Assembly: GCA_964202905.1 (NCBI GenBank) | Contig: CAXNJO010000001.1 | Coordinates: 224,001 to 288,000, forward strand | DNA length: 64,000 bases | Source of the DNA: Polyangiales bacterium | GTDB taxonomy: Bacteria; Myxococcota_A; Polyangia; Polyangiales; JADJQN01 | Direction: 5' to 3' | Shown: positions 1 to 10,333 of the stretch, piece by piece | Layout of the letters: the number at the start of each line of letters is the position of its first letter | Position numbering within the stretch: position 1 is the first letter of the stretch | Notes under the pieces: generated by a model | The model's input: only the letters and a program-made list of their open reading frames with translations | Database searches by the model: none | What the model was told of the DNA's origin: nothing | Made by a program: the position numbers and the translations under genes

Positions 1-33
1 GTTGGAGAGGAGCAGCTTCTTATACGACTCCAT
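1..33 (-). CDS. 5' end of probable beta-class carbonic anhydrase (runs off the window)
   Basis: ATG at 33 with GGAG 8 nt upstream reads [11 protein letters not shown], typical of beta-CA N-termini. It overlaps the sulP stop, and sulP-CA pairing is common. Only 11 codons are visible. Confidence 0.55.
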   Translation of the reverse strand, partial: MESYKKLLLSN

Positions 34-1600
34 TGATCTGTCTCCGCTTCCGGTAGTTTTGCGATTTGTTGTGGAATTGCTTGAACTCAATGGTGATCTG
101 CTTGTGCTGCGCGCCCTCTCTGAAGTCCGCAATCACGTCGTAGAGGTCGCTGTCGATGAAGATGGCCTTCGTTCCATCGATGATGACGCTGGACTGCGCG
201 GGGAGTGATGCGAGTTTGTCTTTCAGTTCGGACTTGTTGACAAACGACGCGTCCTTGTTGAAGCGCAGCAGGTACATCGAGTCCTGTTGGACCAGCGTGA
301 ACGCCGCATGGTGGTTCGTGCGGATCACGAAGATCACGCCGAACACCACGCCGATCAGCACGCCGATCAAGAGATCGGTAAAGACGATGGCCAGGACGGT
401 GACGATGAAGGGAATGAACTGATCGAGGCCGGCTTTCCATGAGTCGCGGTATAGCGCGGGCTTGGTGAGCTTGTAGCCGACCATCAGCAGGACCGCGGCC
501 AAGCTGGCCAGCGGGATCCGATTCAGCAGGCCCGGAATCGCCACTACGCAGACCAGCAGGAGCAGTCCGTGGATAAAGGCGGACCACCGCGATCGGGCGC
601 CGGCGTAGACGTTGGCCGAGCTGCGCACGATGACCGCCGTTACCGGCAGACCGCCAAGCATGCCGGCGGCGATGTTGCCCACGCCTTGGGCCAGCAGTTC
701 GCGGTCGGGATTGGAAATGCGTCGCTGCGGATCCAGTTTGTCGGAGGCTTCGAGCGAGAGCAGCGATTCAACGCTCGCGACAATGGCGAGCGTCAGCCCT
801 GTCGAATAGATCCGTCGATCAGTCCAGCGTGACCAATCCGGTCCGGACAGCTGCGCTAGCAGTTCGGCCGGCCCGCCGGCGGGCAGCGTGACGAGATGGC
901 CGTCTTCGGCGCGCAGGAAGAAGTCTGGCGAGACGGCCTGGAACAGTCCGTTCAGCAGGATGCCGACTGCCACGACGATCAGCGCGCCGGGCACCATGGC
1001 GAGCGACTTCCGTGACTTGACCCACGAGGTGTCCCACGCGAGCAGGATGGCCAGGGAGATGAGCGAAATGAGGATCGCCTCCCCGTTCGCCGATACGATG
1101 GCATCCGACACGTCGGACAGCGTGGTGGACGCTCCATCCGCTGAGCGGAAGAAATCGAAGTCTCCCTCGTAGCCGGTGTCGCGACCGAGGGCGTGCGGAA
1201 TTTGCTTCAGGATGATGACGACGCCGATTGCCGCCAGCATGCCCTTGATCACGGCGTTGGGGACGTAGTTGGCGATACGCCCGGCACGCAGCAACCCGAA
1301 GCCCACCTGCGCCACACCGGCGACCAACACCGCCAGCAGAAACGCTGGAAAGGAGCCCAGCGACTGAATCGCCGTGGCGACGATCACCGCGAGGCCGGCG
1401 GCCGGTCCGCTCACACTCACCGACGAGGCGGAGAGCAGCGAGACGATCAGTCCGCCGATGATGCCGGAGATGATGCCGGAGAAGAGCGGCGCGCCGGATG
1501 CGAGCGCGATACCGAGGCACAGCGGCAGCGCGACCAGGAACACGACCAGCCCCGCCGGCGCGTCGTCCGCCAGCGACATCCTTCTATCTTGTACTGACAT
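20..1600 (-). CDS. SulP/SLC26 anion (bicarbonate/sulfate) permease with short C-terminal STAS-like domain
   Basis: Motifs [40 protein letters not shown] and [15 protein letters not shown]; many TM helices. ATG 1600 follows AGAGGA and is coupled (TGATG) to the upstream ggt stop. Confidence 0.92.
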   Translation of the reverse strand: MSVQDRRMSLADDAPAGLVVFLVALPLCLGIALASGAPLFSGIISGIIGGLIVSLLSASSVSVSGPAAGLAVIVATAIQSLGSFPAFLLAVLVAGVAQVGFGLLRAGRIANYVPNAVIKGMLAAIGVVIILKQIPHALGRDTGYEGDFDFFRSADGASTTLSDVSDAIVSANGEAILISLISLAILLAWDTSWVKSRKSLAMVPGALIVVAVGILLNGLFQAVSPDFFLRAEDGHLVTLPAGGPAELLAQLSGPDWSRWTDRRIYSTGLTLAIVASVESLLSLEASDKLDPQRRISNPDRELLAQGVGNIAAGMLGGLPVTAVIVRSSANVYAGARSRWSAFIHGLLLLVCVVAIPGLLNRIPLASLAAVLLMVGYKLTKPALYRDSWKAGLDQFIPFIVTVLAIVFTDLLIGVLIGVVFGVIFVIRTNHHAAFTLVQQDSMYLLRFNKDASFVNKSELKDKLASLPAQSSVIIDGTKAIFIDSDLYDVIADFREGAQHKQITIEFKQFHNKSQNYRKRRQINGVV

Positions 1601-2245
1601 CAATGTCCTCTTGCCCCTGCGTCACGATCGCGCGGGTCGGCGGCCCCTTGGCGTTCACGAAGATCGAGTGTGCGGTGCCCTGATTTCCGCCGAGTCGCAC
1701 GGTGTGCCCCATGGCTTCCAGCGCTTTTACCGTTTCCGGTGACGTGCCGTTGCGCTCGATGGTGCTCACGTTGGGCAACCACTGGTGATGCATCCGCGGC
1801 GCGTTCACGGCGTCCTGCACGGGCATCTGGAAGTCGATGAGGTTGAGCACCGCTTCCATGACGGTGTTGATGGTAGTGCGTCCACCGGGGCTGCCGACCA
1901 CGGCCACGAGCTTGCCGTCCTTGGCGAGAATCATCGGCGTCATACTGGAGAGCATGCGCTTGCCGGGCTGCGCGATGTTGGGCTTGGTGCCTACCAGGCC
2001 GGTGCTGTCGGTGAGACAGGGCTTGCCGTTGAAGTCACCCATTTCGTTGTTGAGGAGGAAGCCGGCGCCGTTCACCATCGCCCCCAACCCGTAGCCGGCT
2101 TCGAGCGTGTAGGTGGCCGAGACGGCCATACCGTCCTTGTCGACCACCGAGTAGTGCGTGGTCTCGTCGCTCTCGTAGCCCTGAGCCACATCCGCGGGTG
2201 ATGACGGCGACGCTTTGTCTTTCACGATCGTGCCGCGCATTTTCG
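1600..2245 (-). pseudogene. ggt: gamma-glutamyltransferase, 3' fragment only (small subunit), 5' part removed at the IS boundary
   Basis: ETTHYSVVDKDG (Thr nucleophile), LLNNEMGDF, PGKRMLSSMTP, GSPGG and PRMHHQWLP. The natural C-terminus [15 protein letters not shown] lies in another frame after a shift near 1650. GGT similarity stops at the ISL3 left end (2246). Confidence 0.85.
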
Positions 2246-3165
2246 GGCTCCCCTGCCGCATCCGTGGGTCGGATGCGCTGACGTAGAAGGCGCACATCCC
2301 CGCTGTCCGTCACGCTGGCGTTGTCTAGACCCAAGGCAACGGGAGCGGGAATGCGCAGGGAGAGAGTATGGGCTCGGCTCGCGTCCGTCGAGGGCGCGCG
2401 CGTGGTCGACGTGCACACCGAGGAGGACGGCGATGCGGTCGAGGTCGTGGTCGGCGTTCGGATCTGCCGACAGGACGAGAGTCGCTGCGGGATCTGCCGT
2501 CGGCGCTGCCCTGGGTACGACGCGGGCCATGGCCTTCGACGCTGGCGTTCGCTCGACCTGGGAGTCGTGCGGGTGAGCATCGAGTCTGCCGCGCCGCGCG
2601 TCTGCATGGACCGATTCCACGTCGTGGCGTGGGCGACGAAGGCTCTGGACGAGGTGCGCCGGACGCTGTGGAACGAGCTGCGCGTCGCGGGAAAGAGGGT
2701 GCTCGCGAAGAGCCTCAAAGGGATGCGATGGGCGATCGTGAAGAACCCCGAGAACCTCACGGAGCGCCAGCAGAGCAAGCTCGGCGAGCTCGAGCGCACG
2801 AACCGTCGTCTCTACCGCGCGTATCTGCTCAAGGAGAAACTGCGAGGAATCTTCCAAGAGCATCCCGACTTCGGGCCAATGCTGATCGACGACTGGATAG
2901 CGAGGGCGAAGCGCTCGGGAATCACACCCTTCGTGAAGGTGGCCAACAGCGTGCTGGATAACCGACAAGCCATCATCGACGCGCTCGACACCGAACTCTC
3001 GAACACGCGAATCGAGGCGGCGAACACCAAGATCCGGTTGCTCACCAGGATGGCATTCGGTTTCCACTCGGCTCACGCGCTGATCAGCCTTGCGATGCTA
3101 CGGCTTGGCGGCATCTGCCCACCTCTTCCGGGGCGCAAATGACCCACGGATCGGTCAGGAGATCC
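2246..3165 (+). mobile_element. ISL3-family insertion sequence, internally deleted (920 bp)
   Basis: 25-bp terminal inverted repeats GGCTCCCCTGCCGCATCCGTGGGTC (2246-2270) and GACCCACGGATCGGTCAGGAGATCC (3141-3165), 20/25 match. They enclose an ISL3 transposase ORF. No target-site duplication is visible. Confidence 0.88.
2351..3142 (+). pseudogene. ISL3 transposase with in-frame central deletion
   Basis: N-terminal zinc-finger region (CGICRRRCPGYD...RRWRSLDLG...APRVC) is joined directly near 2605 to DRFHVV. C-terminus has SNTRIEAANTKIRLLTRMAFGF. The HTH and first DDE Asp segment (GIDE-like) are missing. Confidence 0.82.
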
Positions 3166-3255
3166 CTTCTCCCCACTCCCACCCACCAAGGAATCCGAGA
3201 CATCACAATATCGTGATCCGCAAACCACCTGTCGCGACCGCCCCTCCGGAACACT

Positions 3256-3345
3256 CCCCTCCCGCCGGCGGGCGGGAGGGGCGGAGGGTGGGGAAAAACC
3301 TGCGGGGAGGGTGGGGAAAAACCTGCGGGGAGGGTGGGGAAAAAC
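3256..3345 (+). repeat. REP-like hairpin followed by 23-bp tandem repeat (about 2.7 copies)
   Basis: CCCCTCCCGCC-ggcg-GGCGGGAGGGG 11-bp stem at 3256-3281. GGAGGGTGGGGAAAAACCTGCGG starts at 3283, 3306 and 3329 (last copy partial). Abuts the htpG stop. Confidence 0.85.
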
Positions 3346-5286
3346 TCAGATAAAACGAGAAAGCGCCGCATTCAGCGCCTGACTGAACACCGCCGGATCG
3401 TGCACCGGGCTGCCCTCGGCAATGAGCGCCTGCGCCAAGAGCAATTGAATCGCCTGCGAAACGGCGGGCCCGGTGTCGCCGGCCGCGACCTTCGACGCGA
3501 GCGCGGTGATCACGGGGTGCGTGGGATTGAGCTCGAGGACGCGCTTGGTGGCGGGCATCGCGGCGCCGTCGCGGCTCGCGCGGATGAGGCGCTCGAGCTG
3601 CGGGGAGAGGCCGCCGTCGGGGACGACGAGGCAGACGGGTGAGTCGGTGAGGCGGTCGCTCGGGCGCACCTCGCTCACGTACTCGGTGAGCTGCGCCAGG
3701 ATGTACTCGCGGAGGGCGCGCGTGTCCTCTTCGGCCTTGGCCTTGACCTCGGGGGCCGTGGATTCGCCCTCGAGCGAGAGGTCCGCGGCGCTCACCGAGA
3801 CGAGCGGCGTGCCCTCGAACTCGCGCAGGCCCGCGACGGCCCAGTGGTCGACGGAGTCGGTCATGAGCAGCACCTCGTAGCCGCGGGCGCGCAGGCCCTC
3901 GAGGTGCGGGCTCGCGAGGAGCGCGCGGCGGTCGGTGCCGAGCGCGTAATAGAGCGCTTTCTGGCCCTCCTTGAGGCGCGACTTCGCGTCGGCGAGCGAG
4001 GTGAGGCCTTCGACGGCCGTCGACTCGTAGCGCACGAGCTTCGCGAGGCGCGCGGCGTGCTCGGGCTCGAAGTGCAGGCCCTCCTTGAGCACCGCGCCGA
4101 AGGTGCGCGTGAACTTGGCGAAGTCGTCGGGGCGCTCGCGCGCGAGCTGTTCGAGCGCGTCGAGCGTCTGCTTGATCACCTGCTTGCGGATCGTGCGGAC
4201 GATGCGCGAGTCCTGGAGCAGCTCGCGGCTCACGTTGAGCGGGAGGTCTTCGCTGTCGACGACGCCGCGCACGAAGCGGAGCCAGCGCGGGAGCACGGCG
4301 TCGGCGTCCTCGAGCACGAAGACGCGCTTCACGTAGAGGCGCAGGCCCTTCTCGGCGTCGGGGTCGAAGAGGTCGAAGGGCGCGCGCGAGGGGATGAAGA
4401 TCAGGCCCGTGAACTCCGTCGCGCCCTCGGCCTTGAAGTGGCGATGACAGAGCGGCTTCTCGAAGTCGTGCGCGAGGTGGCGGTAGAGCTCGTCGAGCTG
4501 CTCGGGCGTGACCTCGGACTGCGCGCGCTGCCAGAGCGGCGCGCCGCGGTTGAGGGCGCGGTACGTTACCTCGGCGGGTGCGTCGCCCTCGCCTTCGGCG
4601 GTACTCGGGCGCTCCTCGCGCAGCTCGATCGGGTATTGCAGGTAGTCGGAGTAGCGCTGCACGAGCTGCTGGAGCTGCCAGGCCTTCAGGTACTCGTCCT
4701 TCGCCTCGGCCTTGAGGTGCAGCACGACGCTCGTGCCCTGCGTCTCGCGCGCGGCGGGCGCGAGCGTGAAGCTGCCGCGCGCTTCGCTCTCCCACTGCCA
4801 CGCCTCGTCGCTGCCGGCCGCGCGGCTCACGACGGTGACGCGGTCGGCGGCGAGGAACGCGCTGTAGAAGCCGACGCCGAACTGCCCGATCAGCGAGAGA
4901 TCGCCCTTTTTCCCGGCGGCTTCGGCCTGCTTCGCGATCTCACGCGTGCCCGAGCGCGCGATGGTGCCGAGGTGCGAGACGAGCTCGTCGCGGCTCATAC
5001 CGACACCATTGTCGGAGATGGTGAGTGTCCCGGCGGCCTCGTCCGGCTCGAGGCGCACGCGCAGCGTGGTGCCCTCGGGGAGCAGGCCCGCCTCGGTGAG
5101 CGCGCGGAAGCGCAGTTTGTCGAGCGCGTCGGTGGCGTTCGAGACGAGCTCGCGGAGGAAGATCTCGCGGTTCGAGTAGAGCGACTCGATCACGAGGCGC
5201 AGGACGCTGTCGACCTCGGCCTCGAAGCGGTGGGTGGTGGCCTCGGGCTGCTCGGGGGTGGCGCTGACGGAGACGGATTCGCTCAT
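3346..5286 (-). CDS. htpG: Molecular chaperone HtpG (Hsp90)
   Basis: FEAEVDSVLRLVIESLYSNREIFLRELVSNATDALDKLR, DNGVGM, IGQFGVGFYSAF, RGVVDSEDLPLNVSRELLQ and LELNPTHPVI; 646 aa. Confidence 0.97.
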   Translation of the reverse strand: MSESVSVSATPEQPEATTHRFEAEVDSVLRLVIESLYSNREIFLRELVSNATDALDKLRFRALTEAGLLPEGTTLRVRLEPDEAAGTLTISDNGVGMSRDELVSHLGTIARSGTREIAKQAEAAGKKGDLSLIGQFGVGFYSAFLAADRVTVVSRAAGSDEAWQWESEARGSFTLAPAARETQGTSVVLHLKAEAKDEYLKAWQLQQLVQRYSDYLQYPIELREERPSTAEGEGDAPAEVTYRALNRGAPLWQRAQSEVTPEQLDELYRHLAHDFEKPLCHRHFKAEGATEFTGLIFIPSRAPFDLFDPDAEKGLRLYVKRVFVLEDADAVLPRWLRFVRGVVDSEDLPLNVSRELLQDSRIVRTIRKQVIKQTLDALEQLARERPDDFAKFTRTFGAVLKEGLHFEPEHAARLAKLVRYESTAVEGLTSLADAKSRLKEGQKALYYALGTDRRALLASPHLEGLRARGYEVLLMTDSVDHWAVAGLREFEGTPLVSVSAADLSLEGESTAPEVKAKAEEDTRALREYILAQLTEYVSEVRPSDRLTDSPVCLVVPDGGLSPQLERLIRASRDGAAMPATKRVLELNPTHPVITALASKVAAGDTGPAVSQAIQLLLAQALIAEGSPVHDPAVFSQALNAALSRFI

Positions 5287-5359
5287 CGTGACCTCGGGTT
5301 CGGCGCGGCGCGGACTCGGGCGCGCGCGGGCGGGACGGTCACCATCGGCGCGGGCCGCG

Positions 5360-6514
5360 TCAAGGGGCGTCGGGGTGGAGCACGCAGCCGCCCGTCACCG
5401 CGCCGCGCCACTTGGCCTCCATCGCCGCGCGGAACTCGCGCAGCGGGAAGACGTGCGAGACGTGCGGACGCAGCGTGCCCTCGGCGGCCCAGGCGAGGAT
5501 CTGCGCGAGGCGGGGCGCGCGCGTGGACGGATCGTGCGCGGTCGAGATGGCCGTGGGGCAGCCGAGCACGTCGAGGCTCTTCATGAGTACGAGGTTCGTC
5601 GGCAGCAGGTTCACGCGGGGCGCGCCGCGCTGGCCGCGGCCGTTGGCCACATCGGGCGTCGAGGCCCAGCCCACGATCAGGAAACGCGCACCGAAGCGCA
5701 CGGCGCGCAGGCTCTCGATCGACACCTCGCCGCCGACGCCGTCGTACACCACGTCCACGCCGCGCCCGCCCGTGAGGGCCTTCACCTCCGCGGCGAACGC
5801 ACGCGGCGCGCCGTCGTCGTCCGCGACGCGCACCGCGTGATCGGCGCCCTCGCGGCGCACGATGTCGAGTTTGGCCTGCGTGCGGCCGGTCGCGATCACC
5901 GTCGCGCCGAGCCGCTTCGCGAGGTGCACCGCCGCGAGGCCCGTCGCGCCCGAGGCGCCGTGGATGAGCACCGTCTCGCCGGCCTGCACGCGGCCGCGCG
6001 TCACGAGGCAGTGCCACGCCGTTTCGTAGTTGCCGAGCAGGTTGCACGCCTGATCGAAGGAGAGTCCCGCGGGGATGCGGTGCACGGCCTCGGCGGGCGC
6101 GACGGCCCACGTCGCGAAGCCGCCCCACGCGCGGTGCGCGCCGAGCGAGCGCGGCCCCGCGAGGAAGCCGTCAACGAGCACCGCCTCGCCCACCGCGGGC
6201 GCGTCCATCGCCTCTGCGCCGCGCCACGCGACCACGCCCGCGTACTCGAGCCCGGGGACGTAGGGCGGCTGCGGCATGTGCTGGTACTGCCCGCTCGTCA
6301 TGAGCAGGTCGACCCAGCCGACCGACGCGCTGCGCACGGCGAGGACGACGTCGCGCGGGCCGAGCGTGGCCGGGTCGGGCGCGTCCATCGGCACGAGCGC
6401 GGTGCAGCGCGCGATCGCGTCGGGCGGGGACTCGCCGTACTCGGAGACGACGACGCGGACACCCGGCGCGGGGAAGCGGGGCGCGGGGTGCTCGGGGGGC
6501 GAGGCGCTCGACAT
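5360..6514 (-). CDS. NADPH:quinone oxidoreductase / MDR-family oxidoreductase
   Basis: PPYVPGLEYAGVV, GETVLIHGASGATGLAAVHLAK and TGGRGVDVVYDGVGG. Start chosen at ATG 6514 (384 aa). Confidence 0.88.
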   Translation of the reverse strand: MSSASPPEHPAPRFPAPGVRVVVSEYGESPPDAIARCTALVPMDAPDPATLGPRDVVLAVRSASVGWVDLLMTSGQYQHMPQPPYVPGLEYAGVVAWRGAEAMDAPAVGEAVLVDGFLAGPRSLGAHRAWGGFATWAVAPAEAVHRIPAGLSFDQACNLLGNYETAWHCLVTRGRVQAGETVLIHGASGATGLAAVHLAKRLGATVIATGRTQAKLDIVRREGADHAVRVADDDGAPRAFAAEVKALTGGRGVDVVYDGVGGEVSIESLRAVRFGARFLIVGWASTPDVANGRGQRGAPRVNLLPTNLVLMKSLDVLGCPTAISTAHDPSTRAPRLAQILAWAAEGTLRPHVSHVFPLREFRAAMEAKWRGAVTGGCVLHPDAP

Positions 6515-6625
6515 GGGGCGTACTGGACGACGGGCGCGGCGGCGCGCGCAAGGACGAAGCGCGCGGAGCCGGGGTGCGGACGAAGGCGCCGAGATCGCGC
6601 GCGGTGCTGGTACCCTATCGCCACC

Positions 6626-7517
6626 GTGCGTCCCGCTCGTGCCGCCCTGCTCGCCTTCACGCTGCTCTTCGCGTCGTCCGCGGGGCACGCCGCCGCGCAG
6701 GACACGCCGCGGCCCGAGGTGACGCGGCTGCTCCGGGAGGGCGTGGCGCTGCGCGCATCGGGGAAGGATCTCGAGGCGCTCGCGACCTTCGAGCGGGCGT
6801 TGGCGCTCCAGCCGCTCGGCCGCGTGCAGGCGCAGCGCGCGCTCGCCGAGCAGGCGCTCGGCCGCCTCGACGCCGCCGCGCAGCACCTCGAGGAGGCCCT
6901 CGCCTCGACCGATGCGTGGGTCGCACGGAACCGCGCCGACCTCGACGGAGCGCTCGCGACGATCCGCGCACAGCGCCCGCCACCGGCGCCCGCCGACACA
7001 TCGCCGCGAACCAACACGCAGACGAGCGCCACGCGAACGGACGACGCGCAGACGGGTGCGACGCCGCCTGGCGACACGGCGGCCGACGACGCGCAGGGTC
7101 ACGACACCCCGGCCGACGACGCGCAGATCACCACGGAGCAGGGCGCGACCGCGCTGCGAACACCGGGGACGGGCGCCGCGGACGCCACCACGCACCCGCA
7201 CCCCGCGCTGCTCTGGTCCGGCACCGCCGCGACGGTGCTCGGCGCCGCCGGCGCGGTCGTCGCCGCCGCGCTCGCATCGACGACGACGACGCGACTACGA
7301 CGCGCGCTACGAAGCGCGGGGCTGCGCGTCCGGCGCGGACGAGCGCTGCGATGCGGACTACGCCGACACCCGCCGTCGGCTCGACATGCTCGGCGCGGTC
7401 TTCCACGGCGCGCTCGGGCTCGCGGCGATCGGCGGCGCGCTCACGCTCGGTGCGTTCGTACTCACGCCAACGGCCAGCACCACCTCGGCCGGACTCCAGC
7501 TGCGAGGGACCTTCTGA
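6626..7517 (+). CDS. Secreted TPR protein with C-terminal hydrophobic segments (myxobacterial TPR/PEGA-type partner); one frameshift near 7280
   Basis: Signal peptide, then TPR-like REGVALRASGKDLEALATFERALAL...AAAQHLEEAL. The C-terminus ...GALTLGAFVL...GLQLRGTF* is in a second frame, and its stop overlaps the next ATG. Confidence 0.65.
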
Positions 7518-8693
7518 TGCGCGGATCTCGGTGCGCCCTGCTCGCCTCGTCGCTGCTCGCGCTCGCGGGCTGTTGGTCGGTGCGCGCGCCGGGCGAATCG
7601 GCCGACGCCGGACGCGACGCCTCAGCCGACGCCCACACTGGTCCGACCAGTGACGCTGGCATGGACGCTATGGTCAGCACAGATGCAGAAATCGATGGGT
7701 CTTCCGGTGACGACGCTGGTCCGACCAGTGACGGCGGGATGGGCACGGACGCCGGCAGCGACGCGGGATTGGACGGCTGCCGCATCCTCGACCCGCGCGC
7801 CCTCAGCTGCCCGGGAGGCGGGGCGGGATGTGCGCAGCGCGTCGTCGTGGTGCCGGAGTGCGCGCGAGTTTCGAGGTCGGGCGCGACACCGCTCGACGAC
7901 TACGGCGAACCGGCCCGTCGCCGATCGTGGCTCGGCTACCTCGCGCCCTTCGAGACTCGAGATCCGACGAGGTGACCGTGGGCCGGTTCCAGCCGCTGGG
8001 TCGACCGCCGGCAGCGCCCTCAGCGAGACGGTGACGTTCCCCGACCGGCAGGCCGATGACGCCGACGCCCGGGCACGTATGTCGACGGCCGCGACGAACA
8101 CCGGAGTGCACCTACGGTCGGCGCCGACGCGATCGCTGCCGATCAACTGCGTCTCCTGGGACGCGGCGCTCGCCTTCTGCGCGTGGGACGTCCCGGGCGG
8201 GCGCCTGCCCACGGACGTCGAGCGCGAGTACGTCGCGCGCTGGTGGAACGCGACGCCGGCCGAGACGGCCGGGCCGGCTCTTCCCGTGGGGCAGCGAGCG
8301 CGCCTGCGACACCTGCGCGCTACGCGAACGTCCAGCGGCTGCAGCGCGACCCACGCAGCTCCATCCCCGTGGCGCCCAGCCTCGCGCCGGCGCCCAGTGC
8401 CTGAACGACCTCGCGGGCAACGTCGCGGAGTGGACGGCCGACGACTGTCGGGACGAGCGACGACGTCCCCGCGTCCCTGCGCCCCGCGTGCTGGGGCCCG
8501 AGGCCGTGGACGTCGCCGGTGTGCCGTGCGTCGCCGGTCGACGACTGCTACGCCGTCCGCGGCGGCGCGTGGAGCGACGACTCCGGCGCCGAGCTGGCTG
8601 CGCACGAGCGCGCGCGGCGCGGTGAACCGCTTCTCGACGCGGCCGGCCGACGGCTTCCGCTGCGCACGAAGCGCGCCCGCGGCGGTGCCATGA
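7517..8693 (+). pseudogene. Lipoprotein with FGE-sulfatase (SUMF1/C-type-lectin fold) domain, multiple frameshifts
   Basis: Lipobox LAGC and DAG-rich linker. Domain motifs are spread over three frames: DEVTVGRF, PINCVSWDAALAFCAW..GRLPT, FPWG, DLAGNVAEW, VRGGAW and GFRCAR. Confidence 0.75.
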
Positions 8694-8753
8694 CGGCGGG
8701 GCGCGACGGCGTGCCATGCCTGCGCCAGCGCACGGGCTGCTAGAGTCGCGCGC

Positions 8754-10243
8754 GTGACGGGGGAGGCCGACGCGCCGCGCATCGCCGGCAAGTACAAGCT
8801 CGGGCGCCTGCTCGGACGCGGCGGCATGGGCAGCGTGTACGCGGGCGAGCACGTCGTCACCGGGCGCGCGGTCGCGATCAAGCACATGGCGCGCGAGCTG
8901 GCGGTCCGCGAGGACGCGCGGCGCCGCTTCGTGCGGGAGGCGCAGGCGGTCGGTCGGCTCGAGCACCCGAACGTCGTCGAGGTGCTCGACGCGGGCGTCG
9001 ACGAGGCGGATGGCGTCCCCTACGTCGTGCAGTCGCTGCTGCGCGGGGCGACGCTGCGCGCGTACATGACGCGGCACCCGCAGCCGGGGAGCGTCGTCGC
9101 GATCGGGCTCGTGCTGCCCATCCTGCGCGCGCTCGCGGCCGCGCACGAGGCGGGGCTCGTGCACCGCGACGTGAAGCCGAGCAACGTCTTCCTCGCGCAG
9201 GTGGCCGACCTCGGTGGGGATCGCGTCATCCCGAAGCTCCTCGACTTCGGGATCTCGAAGTTCACGGACGCGCGCCCCGAGGAAGCGACCCAGCTCACGG
9301 ACACCGGCGCGGCCGTCGGGACGGCCTCGTACATGTCGCCCGAGCAGGCGAGCGCCGAGCGCGACGTGGACGGGCGCGCGGATGTCTGGGCCATCGGCGT
9401 GATGCTCTACGAGCTGCTCGCGGGCGAGCGCCCCTTCGAGGCGGCGAGCGCACCGCTCATCCTGCTCAAGGTCATCTCGCAGGATCCGGCGCGGCTCGAG
9501 ACGCGCGCGGTCGCGCTGCGCACCGACCTCGCCGACATCGTGCACCGCGCCCTCGCGCGGGACCGCGACGCGCGCTGGCCGAACGCGCGCGCCTTCCACG
9601 ACGCGCTCGCCGAGGCGATCGGCGCGACGACGCGCGAGCCCTGGGCCGTCGCGCCGGGGATCGAATCGGTCACGGCCGCCGTCGAGGCCGAGGTCGACGC
9701 GGGCATCTTCTCGGTCGCCGGCTCCCCATCACGGCCGCTGGCGAGCACGGTCGGTGAGCGGCCGACGAGTCGCGGTTCGACGGGGCGTGCGTCCGTGGTC
9801 GAGGAGGCTTCACGACGACGCGTGCGCGTCGCCGTCGCCGTGGGTCTCATCGCTGCCGCGCTCGGCTTTGCGGGGACGTGGCTCGTCGCACGCCGCGGTG
9901 GCGAGGCCACACGCGCACGCTACGCCGATGCGCCGAGCACGCGGCGGAACGACCGCGACCGAACACCGCAGCGGCAACGCCCTCCCTGCACGCCCACCGA
10001 ACCGACGCGCCCGACGCCTCGTCGTGGAGCCGTCGGCGCCCGTCGACGCCGCGCGGAACAGCGCCTGTCATCGCCAGCGACTGCCCGTGGTCGCCGACGC
10101 CCGCCGGGCCACCTGCCGCCCCGATCCCACGCGAGCGTCCAGCCCCGCGACGACAGCGCGCCGCGTGCCGCGGCCACGCCGCGACGCCGGGCGACGCGCC
10201 GCGTGTCGGCACGCGCGGCGCACCGATCCTCAGCGCCGACTGA
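8754..10243 (+). CDS. Hanks-type Ser/Thr protein kinase, membrane anchored; frameshift(s) in the post-TM tail
   Basis: LGRGGMGSVY, VAIK, HRDVKPSN, DFG, YMSPEQ and DVWAIG, then a TM helix near 9830-9890. The probable tail ending VGTRGAPILSAD* (10243) is in another frame. The kinase domain is intact. Confidence 0.88.
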
Positions 10244-10249
10244 TCGCGC

Positions 10250-10271
10250 GACAGCCAGCCGGCTGGCCGTC
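10250..10271. repeat. Palindromic intergenic element GACAGCCAGCCGGCTGGC, copy 1
   Basis: 18-bp identity with 22388-22405; near-perfect palindrome just after a stop codon between convergent genes. Confidence 0.6.
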
Positions 10272-10333
10272 GGCGCGAGGCCCACGCACGGCCGCGCGCA
10301 CGGCCATCGGCGTCGACCGCGCGCGTCTCCCGC

